A stretch of 64,000 nucleotides of DNA from Candidatus Poribacteria bacterium (GCA_965208675.1 OZ242351.1:1024001-1088000), one strand, 5' to 3'. Positions 10,715 to 20,692 are shown, counted from the first letter of the stretch. Numbers and translations are program-made. Notes: generated by a model not told the origin, from the letters alone.

Positions 10715-12049
10715 TGGAATGACCCCAAAAAACTGGACAGTGAGCTAAGAAGGATTTTATAATAATTAACCGTCCAGAAAGGGGCTATCATGTCGAAGAC
10801 AAGACGTCAATTTACACCCGAATTTAAGCTCGAATGTGTACTAGATATCATCAGTGGGCGGAAACGCCCAGTCGAAATTTGTAACGAATATCAAATCAGC
10901 GATACCTTACTGTCCAAATGGCGCCAACACTTCATGGAAAACGCTGCGAATCTCTTTGTGGGTGAGCAGAACCACAAGAACGCCTCCAATGCGCGCATCG
11001 CTGAACTGGAGCGTCTCGTCGGGCAATTGACACTGGAGCTGTCTGCCTCAAAAAAAGTATTGAGTTACTTCGACTCTCGATAAAGCAGAAACGGGAATTG
11101 GCGAAACGCGGCAGCGAAGCATTTCCCATTAGCCTACTGTGTAATGTGCTCGGCTTGTCTCGAAGCAGTTTCTATTACGATTCCAAAGCCGATGGTGATG
11201 CTCAGCTTTGCCGGCATATCGAGCAAATACGTTTATCAAATCACCGCTATGGGTATCGCAGAATCACAAATGAACTGCATCGTCAAGGATTGGTTGTCAA
11301 CCGAAAACGGGTGCAACGTCTGGTTGGCGCACTAGGGCTTCAGGTACGTCCTAGGCGAAAGCGGGTTATCACCACCAACAGTCAACCCGGACGATATGCG
11401 TATCCGAATTTGCTCAAAGATTTATCAGTCACTTATCCTGACCAGATATGGTGTGCAGATATCACCTATGTTCCACTGGCTAGTGGTCAAATGGCTTATC
11501 TGGCGTTATTGTTTGATGTTTTTACTCGAACCATAAGAGGCTGGGAGTTGTCAAAAAACATGTCAGTTAACCTGCTGTCTGGGGCTTTGAGAAAAGCATT
11601 AGCAAGACAGCATCGTCCGCAAATCCATCATTCAGACCGAGGTGGACAGTACATTGCTGAGAAGTATTGTCAGCAATTGAGAGCGATAGCGTGCCGCATT
11701 TCCATGACGGACCGTGGGAAACCGTGGCAGAATCCATACGTTGAGAGTACGATTGGCAGAATCAAAGACGAGTATATCGTTGACTCCGAGTATCAGAATT
11801 TCCGGGATGCATACAACCAACTTAGTCTAGTATTAGATGTCGTGTATAATCAGAAAAGGCCTCATTCAGCGCTAGGCTATCGGACACCTGCTGAATTCGA
11901 GGCAGCGTATAATGCACACTAGAACACCAATCGATATTTAATCTTGAATTAACAACGCAGCACTAACACAGTTATAGGTTAAGTCCTAAACTTCAAAATA
12001 CCTTCTTAACATCGACATTTTCGTGTCCAAACAATTGGGGTCACTGCCA
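10715..12049 (+). mobile_element. IS3-family insertion sequence (copy A)
   Basis: Imperfect IRs TGGAATGACCCCAAAAAACTGGACA / TGTCCAAACAATTGGGGTCACTGCCA enclosing orfA and orfB. Confidence 0.9.
10790..11922 (+). CDS. IS3 transposase OrfA (10790-11083) / OrfB (to 11922), -1 frameshift
   Basis: HTH OrfA (RRQFTPEFK); A7G slippery run at 11050-11057; OrfB DDE motifs WCADITY, HHSDRGGQY, NPYVES. Confidence 0.92.
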
Positions 12050-12051
12050 AT

Positions 12052-13367
12052 TATAATTACCCCCAAAAACTAGACAGTGTCTTAAGGTGGAATTGTTGCT
12101 GTCAAAACGGCCATGTTATGAGCCATAATAAGGCTCAGCAATGCCAAGAATTGCGAAAGGAGTTTGTTTAACATGGCTCGTAGAAAACAGTACGATAATC
12201 GATTCAAAGCGCAGGTGGCGATTGAAGCCATTAAAAATGAACGCACCATGGCGCAGATTGCCAGTGACTACGAAGTCCACCCGAATCAGGTCAGGCAGTG
12301 GAAAAGACAGATTCTGGAACAATCACCCCAGCTATTTGCGAACGGACACACGCAATCAACTTCCGACAACGACCGCCTTATAGCTGAACTCTACCGGCAA
12401 ATCGGTCAGTTGAAGGTAGAACTAGACTGGCTTCAAAAAAAAACTCGAATGCTCCATTAGCACAGAAGCGGCGGCTTGTCAAGCAAGAGCGCGGTGCTCC
12501 ATCGGTTTCGAGACAGTGCGAACTGTTAGGGTTGCCGCGCGCTTCGTATTATTATCAACCCGCAGCGGAAGAATCGCCGGAAAACCTGCTTTATATGCGT
12601 CTGATTGATGAACAGTACATTAAAACGCCGTGCTACGGTGTCCCTCGAATGACGGACTGGCTATGTGATAATGGCCACGCTGTCAACCGGAAACGGATTG
12701 CTCGGTTGATGCGAAAGATGGACTTAGTTGCCATCTATCCCAAGCCCCGTCTCTCCAAGCACGGCAGGCCGTCGAAAAAGTATGCTTATCTACTGAAGGA
12801 TTCAATTATCACTCGACCGGACCAGGTATGGGCAACTGATATCACCTATATCCGTTTGAACACCGGCTTTGTGTATCTAGTGGCGATTATGGATTGGTAC
12901 TCTCGATATGTGTTATCATGGGAATTGTCAAATACACTAGACGTTTACTTTTGTCTATCGGCACTGGAACGGGCATTGAGTTGTTCTAGCCCTTTGATAT
13001 TCAATAGCGACCAGGGCGCGCAGTTCACGTCAGATGCCTTTACGACTCGGCTTGAATCGGCTAACATTGCCATCAGTTGGACTGGTGCTGGCAGCGTGTT
13101 TGACAACATTTTAATTGAGCGGCTCTGGCGGACCGTCAAGTATGAACATGTGTATCTTCACGCTTATGACTCAGTTCACGCGGTTTGGTGTGGCTTGAAC
13201 AACTATTTCAAGTTTTATAATGAGGAGCGGCTTCATACGTCGCTCAATACTAGAACACCTCATGAGGTGTATTTTCAAAAATCCTAGGTGTTGAAGCATA
13301 GCCGGATTGTCTAGCAATTACACCTTAATAGACGAGCATTACTGTCTAAACATTGGGGGTAAGTAAA
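12052..13367 (+). mobile_element. IS3-family insertion sequence (copy B, a different element)
   Basis: IRs TATAATTACCCCCAAAAACTAGACAG / CTGTCTAAACATTGGGGGTAAGTAAA. Confidence 0.9.
12173..13287 (+). CDS. IS3 transposase OrfA (12173-12460) / OrfB (to 13287), -1 frameshift
   Basis: AAGGAG SD before ATG 12173; A9C run at 12435-12444; OrfB WATDITY, FNSDQGAQF, NILIERLWRTVKYE. Confidence 0.92.
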
Positions 13368-13581
13368 CCTTCCTATGACCAAAATGCGTTGGCTTACGCT
13401 CCACCAATCACATTTACTTACGCAACCAAACCACGCTATGCGCGGGCACATTGAGAATCCTGCTGCCTGCCCCGCAAAACGCAACCTACTTCAACTTGCC
13501 CGCCTTTCAGGTTTAGCCACAAACTACGCATTGAGTTTTACTGTCCGACTTTGGTATGATATGGGGGCTAGGAGAATGGCT

Positions 13582-15207
13582 ATGAATATGCTGTATTACG
13601 GAGATAACCTCGAAATCCTAAGAGAGCATATCCCCGATGAAAGCGTAGATTTGATATACATTGATCCGCCGTTCAACTCAAATCAGGCCTACAATGTCAT
13701 TTTCAGTGAGACAGACGGCACAGCATCACAAGCGCAAATTCAAGCCTTCGAGGACACATGGCGGTGGGGCGACGCCACTGAGCAGGCATACCATGAGTTG
13801 GTCGGCACCGCGCCGCACGTTCTAGTTGAGACAATCAAGAGTTTTCGCGGCTTCCTTACCGAGACGAACCTGATGGCATATCTCGTGATGATGGCGCTGC
13901 GATTAGTGGAGCTGCACCGCGTCCTTAAGCCGACTGGGAGTTTTTATCTCCATTGTGACCCGAAAGCATCGCATTATCTGAAGATCATTTTAGACCAGGT
14001 GTTTGGAGTTCAGAATTTCCGGAACGAAATTTATTGGAAAAGAAAGACAGGGCGTGCCGGCCCAACCAACCGCTTTGGAACATCCTGTGATATACTCCTT
14101 TGGTATTCTAAATCTAATGACTATACGTTTACTCCTCAATTTCGCAAGAGTAATACTGAATATATAGAAAAGATGTTTCGCTTTACCGATGAGGATGGAC
14201 GAATCTATATGACTGATAACCTTGCAAGCCCTAATCCAAGGCCGAATCTAACGTATGAGTATAAAGGCTATAAACCGCCGGAGAAAGGATGGGCAATATC
14301 ACGGGAAAAAATGGAACAGTGGGATAGAGAGGGCAGGCTCCATTTTCCTAAATCTCCTAATGGTCGCATCCAGCGGAAACGATACTTGGATGAGTTGATA
14401 GGAGAAGAAGTTCCCTCGCTTTGGGACGACATTCTTGCCATTGGGTCACAAGCTAAAGAACGTCTAGGCTATCCAACCCAAAAACCTGAAGCACTGCTAG
14501 AGCGGGTAATTGAAGCCAGTAGTAACGAGGGCGATGTTGTTTTGGACGCCTTCTGTGGTTGCGGCACGGCTGTCGCCGTTGGCGAACGGCTCAACCGCCA
14601 GTGGATTGGGATTGACATTACGCACCTTGCTATCTCCTTATTGAAGTATCGCCTTGCAGATGCCTTCGGCGATGATGCGGAATATGAAATCGTCGGTGAG
14701 CCAAAAGACATGGCCAGCGCGGAGGCTTTAGCCGTTCAGGATCGTTATCAATTCCAATGGTGGGCGTTGAGCCTGATTCGGGCAAGACCTTATAAGGAGA
14801 AAAAAAGAGGGGCTGACGAAGGCGTGGACGGGGTTATCTATTATCAAGACGTTGAGCCGGATAACACGAAAAAGGTGCTAACTCGGAAGATTGTCGTTCA
14901 AGTCAAAAGCGGGAAGGTTTCTGTCAAGGACATACGAGAACTCAAATCGGTCGTCGAAAATCAAGACGCTGTAATCGGTGTCTTTATCACTCTCAACACC
15001 CCAACCCAGCCGATGCTCAAGGAAGCGGCAGCGGCAGGTCGATTTCAATGGCTTCACGTCAAAGACATCACGTATCCAAAGATTCAGATTCGCACGATAC
15101 AAGAATTGCTAGATGGGAAGGGTATCGAGTATCCGCGTACACCTACTGATGTCACGTTTCGCAAAGCGAAGCGGGCAAACCCGAAAGTCGATCAGCTGGA
15201 GCTTTAG
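13582..15207 (+). CDS. N6/N4 DNA methyltransferase fused to a C-terminal Mrr-like PD-(D/E)xK endonuclease domain
   Basis: LYYGDNL, DPPF (motif IV), YPTQKP, DAFCGCGT (motif I); C-terminal DEGVDG...VQVKSG; AGGAG SD at 13570. Confidence 0.88.
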   Translation: MNMLYYGDNLEILREHIPDESVDLIYIDPPFNSNQAYNVIFSETDGTASQAQIQAFEDTWRWGDATEQAYHELVGTAPHVLVETIKSFRGFLTETNLMAYLVMMALRLVELHRVLKPTGSFYLHCDPKASHYLKIILDQVFGVQNFRNEIYWKRKTGRAGPTNRFGTSCDILLWYSKSNDYTFTPQFRKSNTEYIEKMFRFTDEDGRIYMTDNLASPNPRPNLTYEYKGYKPPEKGWAISREKMEQWDREGRLHFPKSPNGRIQRKRYLDELIGEEVPSLWDDILAIGSQAKERLGYPTQKPEALLERVIEASSNEGDVVLDAFCGCGTAVAVGERLNRQWIGIDITHLAISLLKYRLADAFGDDAEYEIVGEPKDMASAEALAVQDRYQFQWWALSLIRARPYKEKKRGADEGVDGVIYYQDVEPDNTKKVLTRKIVVQVKSGKVSVKDIRELKSVVENQDAVIGVFITLNTPTQPMLKEAAAAGRFQWLHVKDITYPKIQIRTIQELLDGKGIEYPRTPTDVTFRKAKRANPKVDQLEL

Positions 15208-15278
15208 TCGGAAATCATGGTTTTCCGGTTCAACACACCGTCTTAAATGGGGGCTGCGTAACTCAGCATCCTTAGCAC

Positions 15279-15659
15279 TCACTCCGCATTTATAATATCC
15301 TCAAACTCCGAACACCGATGCGCTTTTGCATATTCTCGGCACACATCCCGCCACAAACGGCTCTCCCACAACGCTAAAATCAAGTCCTTCACCTCGGTAT
15401 AGTGTGTAAATCCTACCTCCCGCCTTAACTCACCCTCAAAAGCGCCCCAACTAACATTTTCTCCATCTATGTATCTGTTATGATATTTTTCGCAAATATC
15501 ATCGACTATCCTCATCCGAGGGTCTCGCCGTGCCCAGCCCTTGTGTATTTTGAATCGGTCAAGCGGCCATTGACTCTTGTCCTTGCTTTCGCTAAGTATG
15601 AAAGTAATCGCATCCGCAATCATCTCAATATGGTCTCTAATTGTGTTTTCATCCGACAT
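15279..15659 (-). CDS. hypothetical protein (126 aa)
   Basis: Open ORF with AAGGA SD and protein-like composition; no recognised motif. Confidence 0.65.
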   Translation of the reverse strand: MSDENTIRDHIEMIADAITFILSESKDKSQWPLDRFKIHKGWARRDPRMRIVDDICEKYHNRYIDGENVSWGAFEGELRREVGFTHYTEVKDLILALWESRLWRDVCREYAKAHRCSEFEDIINAE

Positions 15660-15819
15660 TTTTAGTTCCTTTCTGAAAATATTACGAGTTCCGCACTAAC
15701 GTCGCGCAAACATAACTATGACATATTCAAAAACTCATAAATTCATCCAAACAGCCCGTTATAATACCTGTGATCCCACTATCCTCTTCCCATGCCATTG
15801 TTGTTGTCCTCGACTGTGT

Positions 15820-15848
15820 TTGACAAACTAAATAAAAAGGGATAAAAT
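15820..15848 (+). promoter_or_regulatory. sigma70 promoter, probably producing a leaderless transcript
   Basis: TTGACA-17nt-TAAAAT; GTG start lies 8 nt after the -10 box. Confidence 0.7.
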
Positions 15849-15856
15849 TTAGAATT

Positions 15857-16285
15857 GTGCTAGAACGTACTGATGAACAAAAAAGAGAAATTGAGGACAT
15901 TAAGGAACGGATGAGAGCGAAAATCCGGGAGGCGCTTCCGGGGATAAGACGACGTGTTATTCGGGAACAGGGCCCGGAGATTATGCGCCGCGCTCTCGAA
16001 CGAACTTACGCTGACATTCCCGGCGAAATAGGTAAAGAGGTTCAAGAAGCATTTGCTGCATACGTCGCTCATTTGCCATTTGAAACGATGCCGACTGATA
16101 TCAAAGTGAGATACAAACGAATAGAAGGTTCACTGTATTATATTCGATTTGGACTTGGATTGCGCCTCAACGATCCGAAGATTGGTGACATGAAGTTAGC
16201 GGACTTGCCCGGAGTAAAAGAGGACCAGGAATTAGAGCGAACCGGCAAAGTACGTACTAATTCCAATCGCCCTGTTGTTCCGTAA
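15857..16285 (+). CDS. hypothetical protein, paralog of the downstream ORF
   Basis: Shares PG..G.E..EAF, RY.RI and LN...I...L.D.P motifs with 16298..16627. Confidence 0.7.
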   Translation: MLERTDEQKREIEDIKERMRAKIREALPGIRRRVIREQGPEIMRRALERTYADIPGEIGKEVQEAFAAYVAHLPFETMPTDIKVRYKRIEGSLYYIRFGLGLRLNDPKIGDMKLADLPGVKEDQELERTGKVRTNSNRPVVP

Positions 16286-16297
16286 CAGGAGAAACTG

Positions 16298-16627
16298 ATG
16301 CGTATTGATTCAACAAAGCAAGCACGTTTTGAATCTTTGATTCGAACACGTACTGAATTTGAACCCGGCACGGTCGGAGCGGAATTTAACGAAGCGTTTG
16401 AGGAATTTAAAAAAACATACCCAATACCAGATTCTGTATTGGAATCCGATGCTTACGACGAATGGGATTCACGAAATGAAGTGCAGCGGTACCGGCGGAT
16501 TAAATTGATAATATGGGATATAAAGAGAAGGCAACCGGAATTGAATTCAACGCAAATCCATGAACTCATGCTTTCAGATGTGCCAGAGTGGACTGAGTCG
16601 CCTTACCTTTTGCCCTTGTCGGAGTAA
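16298..16627 (+). CDS. hypothetical protein, paralog of the upstream ORF
   Basis: AGGAG SD; 12 nt after the previous stop; shared motifs. Confidence 0.75.
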   Translation: MRIDSTKQARFESLIRTRTEFEPGTVGAEFNEAFEEFKKTYPIPDSVLESDAYDEWDSRNEVQRYRRIKLIIWDIKRRQPELNSTQIHELMLSDVPEWTESPYLLPLSE

Positions 16628-17433
16628 AGTTATACTTTTACTTTTTGTACTTTCCCTTTTGCATGTCGTAAGTGTTCAGGGGGATGCTTGTGCCCATTAG
16701 CTCGTGGACTGCGTCTTCAAATTCTTCGCTCCATTAAAAACCGAAAATGGTGTCCGCGTGAAATATTACAATACCATCGCAGGTCCGCGTCCGGGTGCGT
16801 GCATCACCCCGTAAAACGTGGATTACTGGGTATGGCGTTTGGTGCCCCTCCGAGTCCAATCCCAGCCGCTGCGTGAGGCGATATTTAGCGCCTAATCTAC
16901 ACCAAAGAGATTTTCAGCCGCATTTGGGGATCGATAAATGGACGTAGACACTCCCTCCCGAAAAAATTCTTCCCCCTCCATTGCAAACCCATCACTATGA
17001 TTGACACTTCGGAAGAATGCTGCCCTTTCGCTGGCGTCAAAATCTTCAATATACGTAAATTTCGTAATTTTGCATGGCATAACCGCGGAGTTAAATTGTT
17101 CATCACACGGATCGTGATCTTAAAAATTTTCATTGAACGCCGTAGCTTAGTTTACTAAATCCTGTCTAACCTGTCAACCTCCCCACTGTCCCTTCGCGCA
17201 CTTCCTACCAGAGGTTCTCGAATAAATACAAAATTCACCTATTCTCGACCAAACCAATCCCGAAGCAAACCAAAAACTTCCCTGCATAAAAAATCTCATT
17301 GACTCGTTCTGCAAAATGCTAAACGCATGTTTACGTGGATGTCAACTTTTTTATCGTGATTTTTACACATTTACGATATTTTACAATATTAGTCAAGGAT
17401 TTTTTCGTTCGCTTTCCATTTTTGTATTTCCTC

Positions 17434-17463
17434 TTGACACTAGTGTAAATTGTATTGTATCAT
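17434..17463 (+). promoter_or_regulatory. sigma70-type promoter of terminase module 1
   Basis: TTGACA-18nt-TATCAT, 307 nt upstream of ATG 17770. Confidence 0.6.
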
Positions 17464-17610
17464 TTAACAGTAGTAAAACCATCATTACCAATAAGACGTA
17501 CTACATCATCTTCTAACCCCAATACACGACCTCACGGGTACGCTAGATGCCGCAGCGGGGATATTGTTTTCGCGCCGTATGCACCAAAAAATCGAGGCTT
17601 TGACCGGTAA

Positions 17611-17628
17611 AATTACACCCGTGTAATT
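17611..17628. promoter_or_regulatory. palindromic protein-binding site AATTACAC-CC-GTGTAATT
   Basis: Perfect 8-bp inverted repeat; extra half-site AATTACACCC at 17739; same motif upstream of module 2. Confidence 0.7.
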
Positions 17629-17769
17629 CGCAAATCGCACGGAGGCGCTCTAATACTAAATCCATTAAGATTTCTGATGTGTAAATGTAATGCCTATCTC
17701 CCTAAAACCGCACCAACACTAGCTTCCGGCGATTCCAAAATTACACCCGCCGGCACAGGAGGGCAATAA

Positions 17770-18354
17770 ATGAACGGCAATCCAACCTGGTTGGAAGCCC
17801 TGCAAGACGATGATGTTAGAAAACATATCGCATACCACATCACGCTGGTCGGCACCACCAAAGCGGTCAATGCAATCTATCATAATCCGGCTTTCGCAGG
17901 TTGCCGAACCGGTGACGCAAAGCAGGATCGTAACGCCATACGCTCCGCAATTCAGGTTTGCAATCCGAGAAATAGAGACCGCTTCAACAGCCAAAAATAC
18001 GGTGCCGCCGTCGCAGATGCGATGAGCCACCTTTTGGAGTATTTAGTCTCAAAATCCATCCCGAACCTTGAACAAACCCAGGAACGGTTGCAAAAAGTCG
18101 ACGACCAAGCCGCCAAAACGGAGGACATCGATGACCTTAAACAACTCCTACTGCAACAGCAAATTCACATTCGACATCAAGGAGCCCTATTATCCCAGAT
18201 GCAATGGGCTTTTCAGTTCCTGCAATGGCGCGCGCAACATGCCGGTCCCGGTGCAGCCCAACCCCGGCTTGATTCGGAAGATGCGCTCGGGGAACTCCCC
18301 GAACCTCCTGAGTCGCTACGAGGAAATTCGACGCCGGCGCAAAGTCCTGAATGA
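17770..18354 (+). CDS. putative terminase small subunit-like protein (module 1)
   Basis: AGGAGGG SD; helical 194 aa; overlaps the TerL gene; clear paralog of 49177..49725. The TerS role is inferred from position only. Confidence 0.6.
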   Translation: MNGNPTWLEALQDDDVRKHIAYHITLVGTTKAVNAIYHNPAFAGCRTGDAKQDRNAIRSAIQVCNPRNRDRFNSQKYGAAVADAMSHLLEYLVSKSIPNLEQTQERLQKVDDQAAKTEDIDDLKQLLLQQQIHIRHQGALLSQMQWAFQFLQWRAQHAGPGAAQPRLDSEDALGELPEPPESLRGNSTPAQSPE

Positions 18355-20059
18355 TGACGACCGGGCGCTAATCGTCCACATGGCTTATCTCGATCCGAGG
18401 TTCTTTGTCGAATACTACCTCCACGACCCGCAGTCCATGTCCCCCCTGCAGCCCCACCATGTCCGCCTGCTCAACCTCATCCCCTACGACAAAACCGGCG
18501 TCAAAGTCAACGTCCAAGCCCCGCGCGGCTCCGCCAAGACAACCTGCTGCGCCGTCTGGTACCCGCTCTGGAGAATCTGTTTCAAATCATTTCAACTCGC
18601 TGAAGGCGTCCCGGAAGAAAAATTCATCCTCATCATCAGCCGCAATCAAACCATGGCAAAGGGCATTCTCGAAAACCTCAAACGTCTAACCGAAAATGAG
18701 AATATTGTCCGGGACTTTGGTAACCTATCTGGTCGTGTATGGAAAAAAGATGAATGCGAGACCGCTAACGGCGTCGCTGTCCGAGTGCTCGGACGAAAGC
18801 AGTCCCCGCGCGGCGCTCTCGTCGCCGGTAAACGCCCCTCGCTCGTCGTCGTCGACGACCTCGAAGACCCGAAACGCTGCTTAAACCCCGATCTGCGTGA
18901 GGAAGATGCGGACTGGTTCTTTTCGGACATCATGTTCGCCTCCGACATCGGCGGAAACCTTAACGTCATCTACGCCGACACCGTCAAGCATCCGGACAGC
19001 CTGTCCATGCGTCTAACACAAACCCCCGGCTGGAACAAAGTCCACTTCAAAGCAATCCTCGACCCCGAAGACCTCTACCACCCCACCCACGAACATCTCT
19101 GGAAAGGTTGGGACGCAATTTATAGTGACTTGTCGTTAGACGACGCAGAACGAGAAGCCAAAGCCGACGAATTCTACAACGCGCATGAGGAGCAGTTGAA
19201 CGCCGGCGTCACCGCTCTTTGGCCCGAAGAGCTGTCCTACCTGAAAGTCCGCAAGATGATCGCAGAGCGCGGATACCACTACACCCTGCGCGAACTGCAA
19301 AACATCGCTCGCGACCCAAGCATGTCATTGTTCGACATTGAGAACGCCATGACGTTTGAGGTCGTTGACGCAGGCTTAAAACGAGGCGACGGTCGCATCG
19401 TCGAATGGCATCAGATCGGCGGCTTCACCACCTACATCGACACCATGGGCGGCCGCGACGCGCAGCAGAATTCCTACGCCTGCGCTGTCGTCGTCGTATG
19501 GGAGCCGCTGCCCGGCGGACGCAAATCCCACCCCGATTCGTTAGCCGGTGTCAACGCTTACGTGCTGGACTGCTGGATGGGCAAAGCTGGACGCGCCGAA
19601 CAGTTCGAGAACGGCATTCTTAAACACCAGCGTTCGGACGCCGTGCTGTACAGAGCCGTACCAAAATCGTATTTTGTGGCTGAGGAGCGTCCGGACCCGG
19701 ACCGCTCCATCCGAACGTCTTACGATAATGTATTCAACGCGCTAAAAGAAGAACTCAAATTTGAAAAGCCGCTGGTCTATCACCCGCAGACACAAAATAA
19801 AGAAGAACGCATTGCAAACTTGGAGCCGCCCATCAAGAACGGTTGGCTCGCATTCAATAAGGTAGGTTTGCCGAGTGAGTTCTGGAAGCAGATGCGCGAA
19901 TTCCCGACTTCCGAGCACAACGACGCCCCCGACGCTGTTCAGGGCGCGCTTCGCCACAGAATCACCACCACCCCCAAGCAGCGCGAACACGACGAACGGC
20001 GTCAACGCGCACGCGACGAGTGGTATGGCGAATACGGACGTCCAACCGTCCATCTATAA
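18239..20059 (+). CDS. phage terminase large subunit-like protein (module 1)
   Basis: Walker A APRGSAKTT, Walker B LVVVDDLED, nuclease-domain motifs YIDTMGG, NKEERIANLEPPIKNG, FPTSEHNDAPDA; start uncertain (frame open from 18068). Confidence 0.88.
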   Translation: MPVPVQPNPGLIRKMRSGNSPNLLSRYEEIRRRRKVLNDDDRALIVHMAYLDPRFFVEYYLHDPQSMSPLQPHHVRLLNLIPYDKTGVKVNVQAPRGSAKTTCCAVWYPLWRICFKSFQLAEGVPEEKFILIISRNQTMAKGILENLKRLTENENIVRDFGNLSGRVWKKDECETANGVAVRVLGRKQSPRGALVAGKRPSLVVVDDLEDPKRCLNPDLREEDADWFFSDIMFASDIGGNLNVIYADTVKHPDSLSMRLTQTPGWNKVHFKAILDPEDLYHPTHEHLWKGWDAIYSDLSLDDAEREAKADEFYNAHEEQLNAGVTALWPEELSYLKVRKMIAERGYHYTLRELQNIARDPSMSLFDIENAMTFEVVDAGLKRGDGRIVEWHQIGGFTTYIDTMGGRDAQQNSYACAVVVVWEPLPGGRKSHPDSLAGVNAYVLDCWMGKAGRAEQFENGILKHQRSDAVLYRAVPKSYFVAEERPDPDRSIRTSYDNVFNALKEELKFEKPLVYHPQTQNKEERIANLEPPIKNGWLAFNKVGLPSEFWKQMREFPTSEHNDAPDAVQGALRHRITTTPKQREHDERRQRARDEWYGEYGRPTVHL

Positions 20060-20198
20060 CGCCGCGAAAACCGCACTGTTAGCAGGCATTCAGGATTGAC
20101 CGTCCAGGTTTAAATTTGATATACTATTCCTGACGGCGGCTAATGACACGCTGCGCCTGAACATTACGGCTTAGGAGAAGCGGTTACCGAATTTTAAT

Positions 20199-20228
20199 TT
20201 GATTTTTGTCGCGAGAGTTTAGTATAAT
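20199..20228 (+). promoter_or_regulatory. sigma70 promoter upstream of the structured RNA candidate
   Basis: TTGATT-18nt-TATAAT; a second promoter TTGACC-18-TATACT with extended TG lies at 20096-20125. Confidence 0.6.
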
Positions 20229-20234
20229 TAATAC

Positions 20235-20578
20235 TAGTTCTGGTCAGATTAAAAATCTCATTTCGAGCTTACAAGGAACCCGGACGATGGCGATTTGTGA
20301 ATGCTAAAAAACTAGGTTGTTCTGGATATCAATACTCGCACAAGGTAAGCACGCGCATTCGGCAATAAGCTGCCCTCTGATATGACGTGGAAACACGCCT
20401 ACGCGCAAATGTTGAGTTCGCCAGGACATCCCAGTTGCATAATCGAGTCCCCTTTTCGTGGCCGGAGAAAGGAAAGCATATCCGACAGCAATAATTTGAA
20501 GTAAGCTCAATCCATGACCAGATGGTTTTCTTACATCGGAAACGGACCACGATTCAAAAAGGGATCGTGGTTTTTTTG
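20235..20578 (+). ncRNA. putative structured ncRNA or cis-regulatory leader (family not recognised)
   Basis: Nested long-range pairings TCTGGTCA/TGACCAGA, GAGCTTAC/GTAAGCTC, GGTTGTTCTGG/CCAGGACATCC; GAAA-tetraloop hairpin; bounded by a promoter and a terminator. Confidence 0.6.
20546..20577 (+). terminator. intrinsic terminator
   Basis: ACCACGATTC-AAAAAG-GGATCGTGGT hairpin followed by a T7 run. Confidence 0.8.
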
Positions 20579-20692
20579 TTGCCATTTATTGAAATCCGCA
20601 CTCTAAAAATGGACCTCTCGCAGCCAAAAATTGATTTTTAAATTCAATTCTTACGAAAGCCATACACCTCCTGAAAAACGGGGGAGTTTATC

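Noticed and set aside
13375-13581. N-terminal extension of the methyltransferase ORF
   Set aside because: The SD (AGGAG 13570) and family homology begin at MNMLYYGDNL; the extension overlaps the likely promoter
20126-20190. Fluoride riboswitch (GCTAATGACAC)
   Set aside because: Only the 3' motif is present; the 5' GGnGATGGnGTTC.CC part is missing
20235-20578. tmRNA, RNase P or SRP RNA identity for the structured RNA
   Set aside because: No tRNA-like ends or tag ORF, no GAGGAAAGTCC, and no exact SRP helix-8 motif
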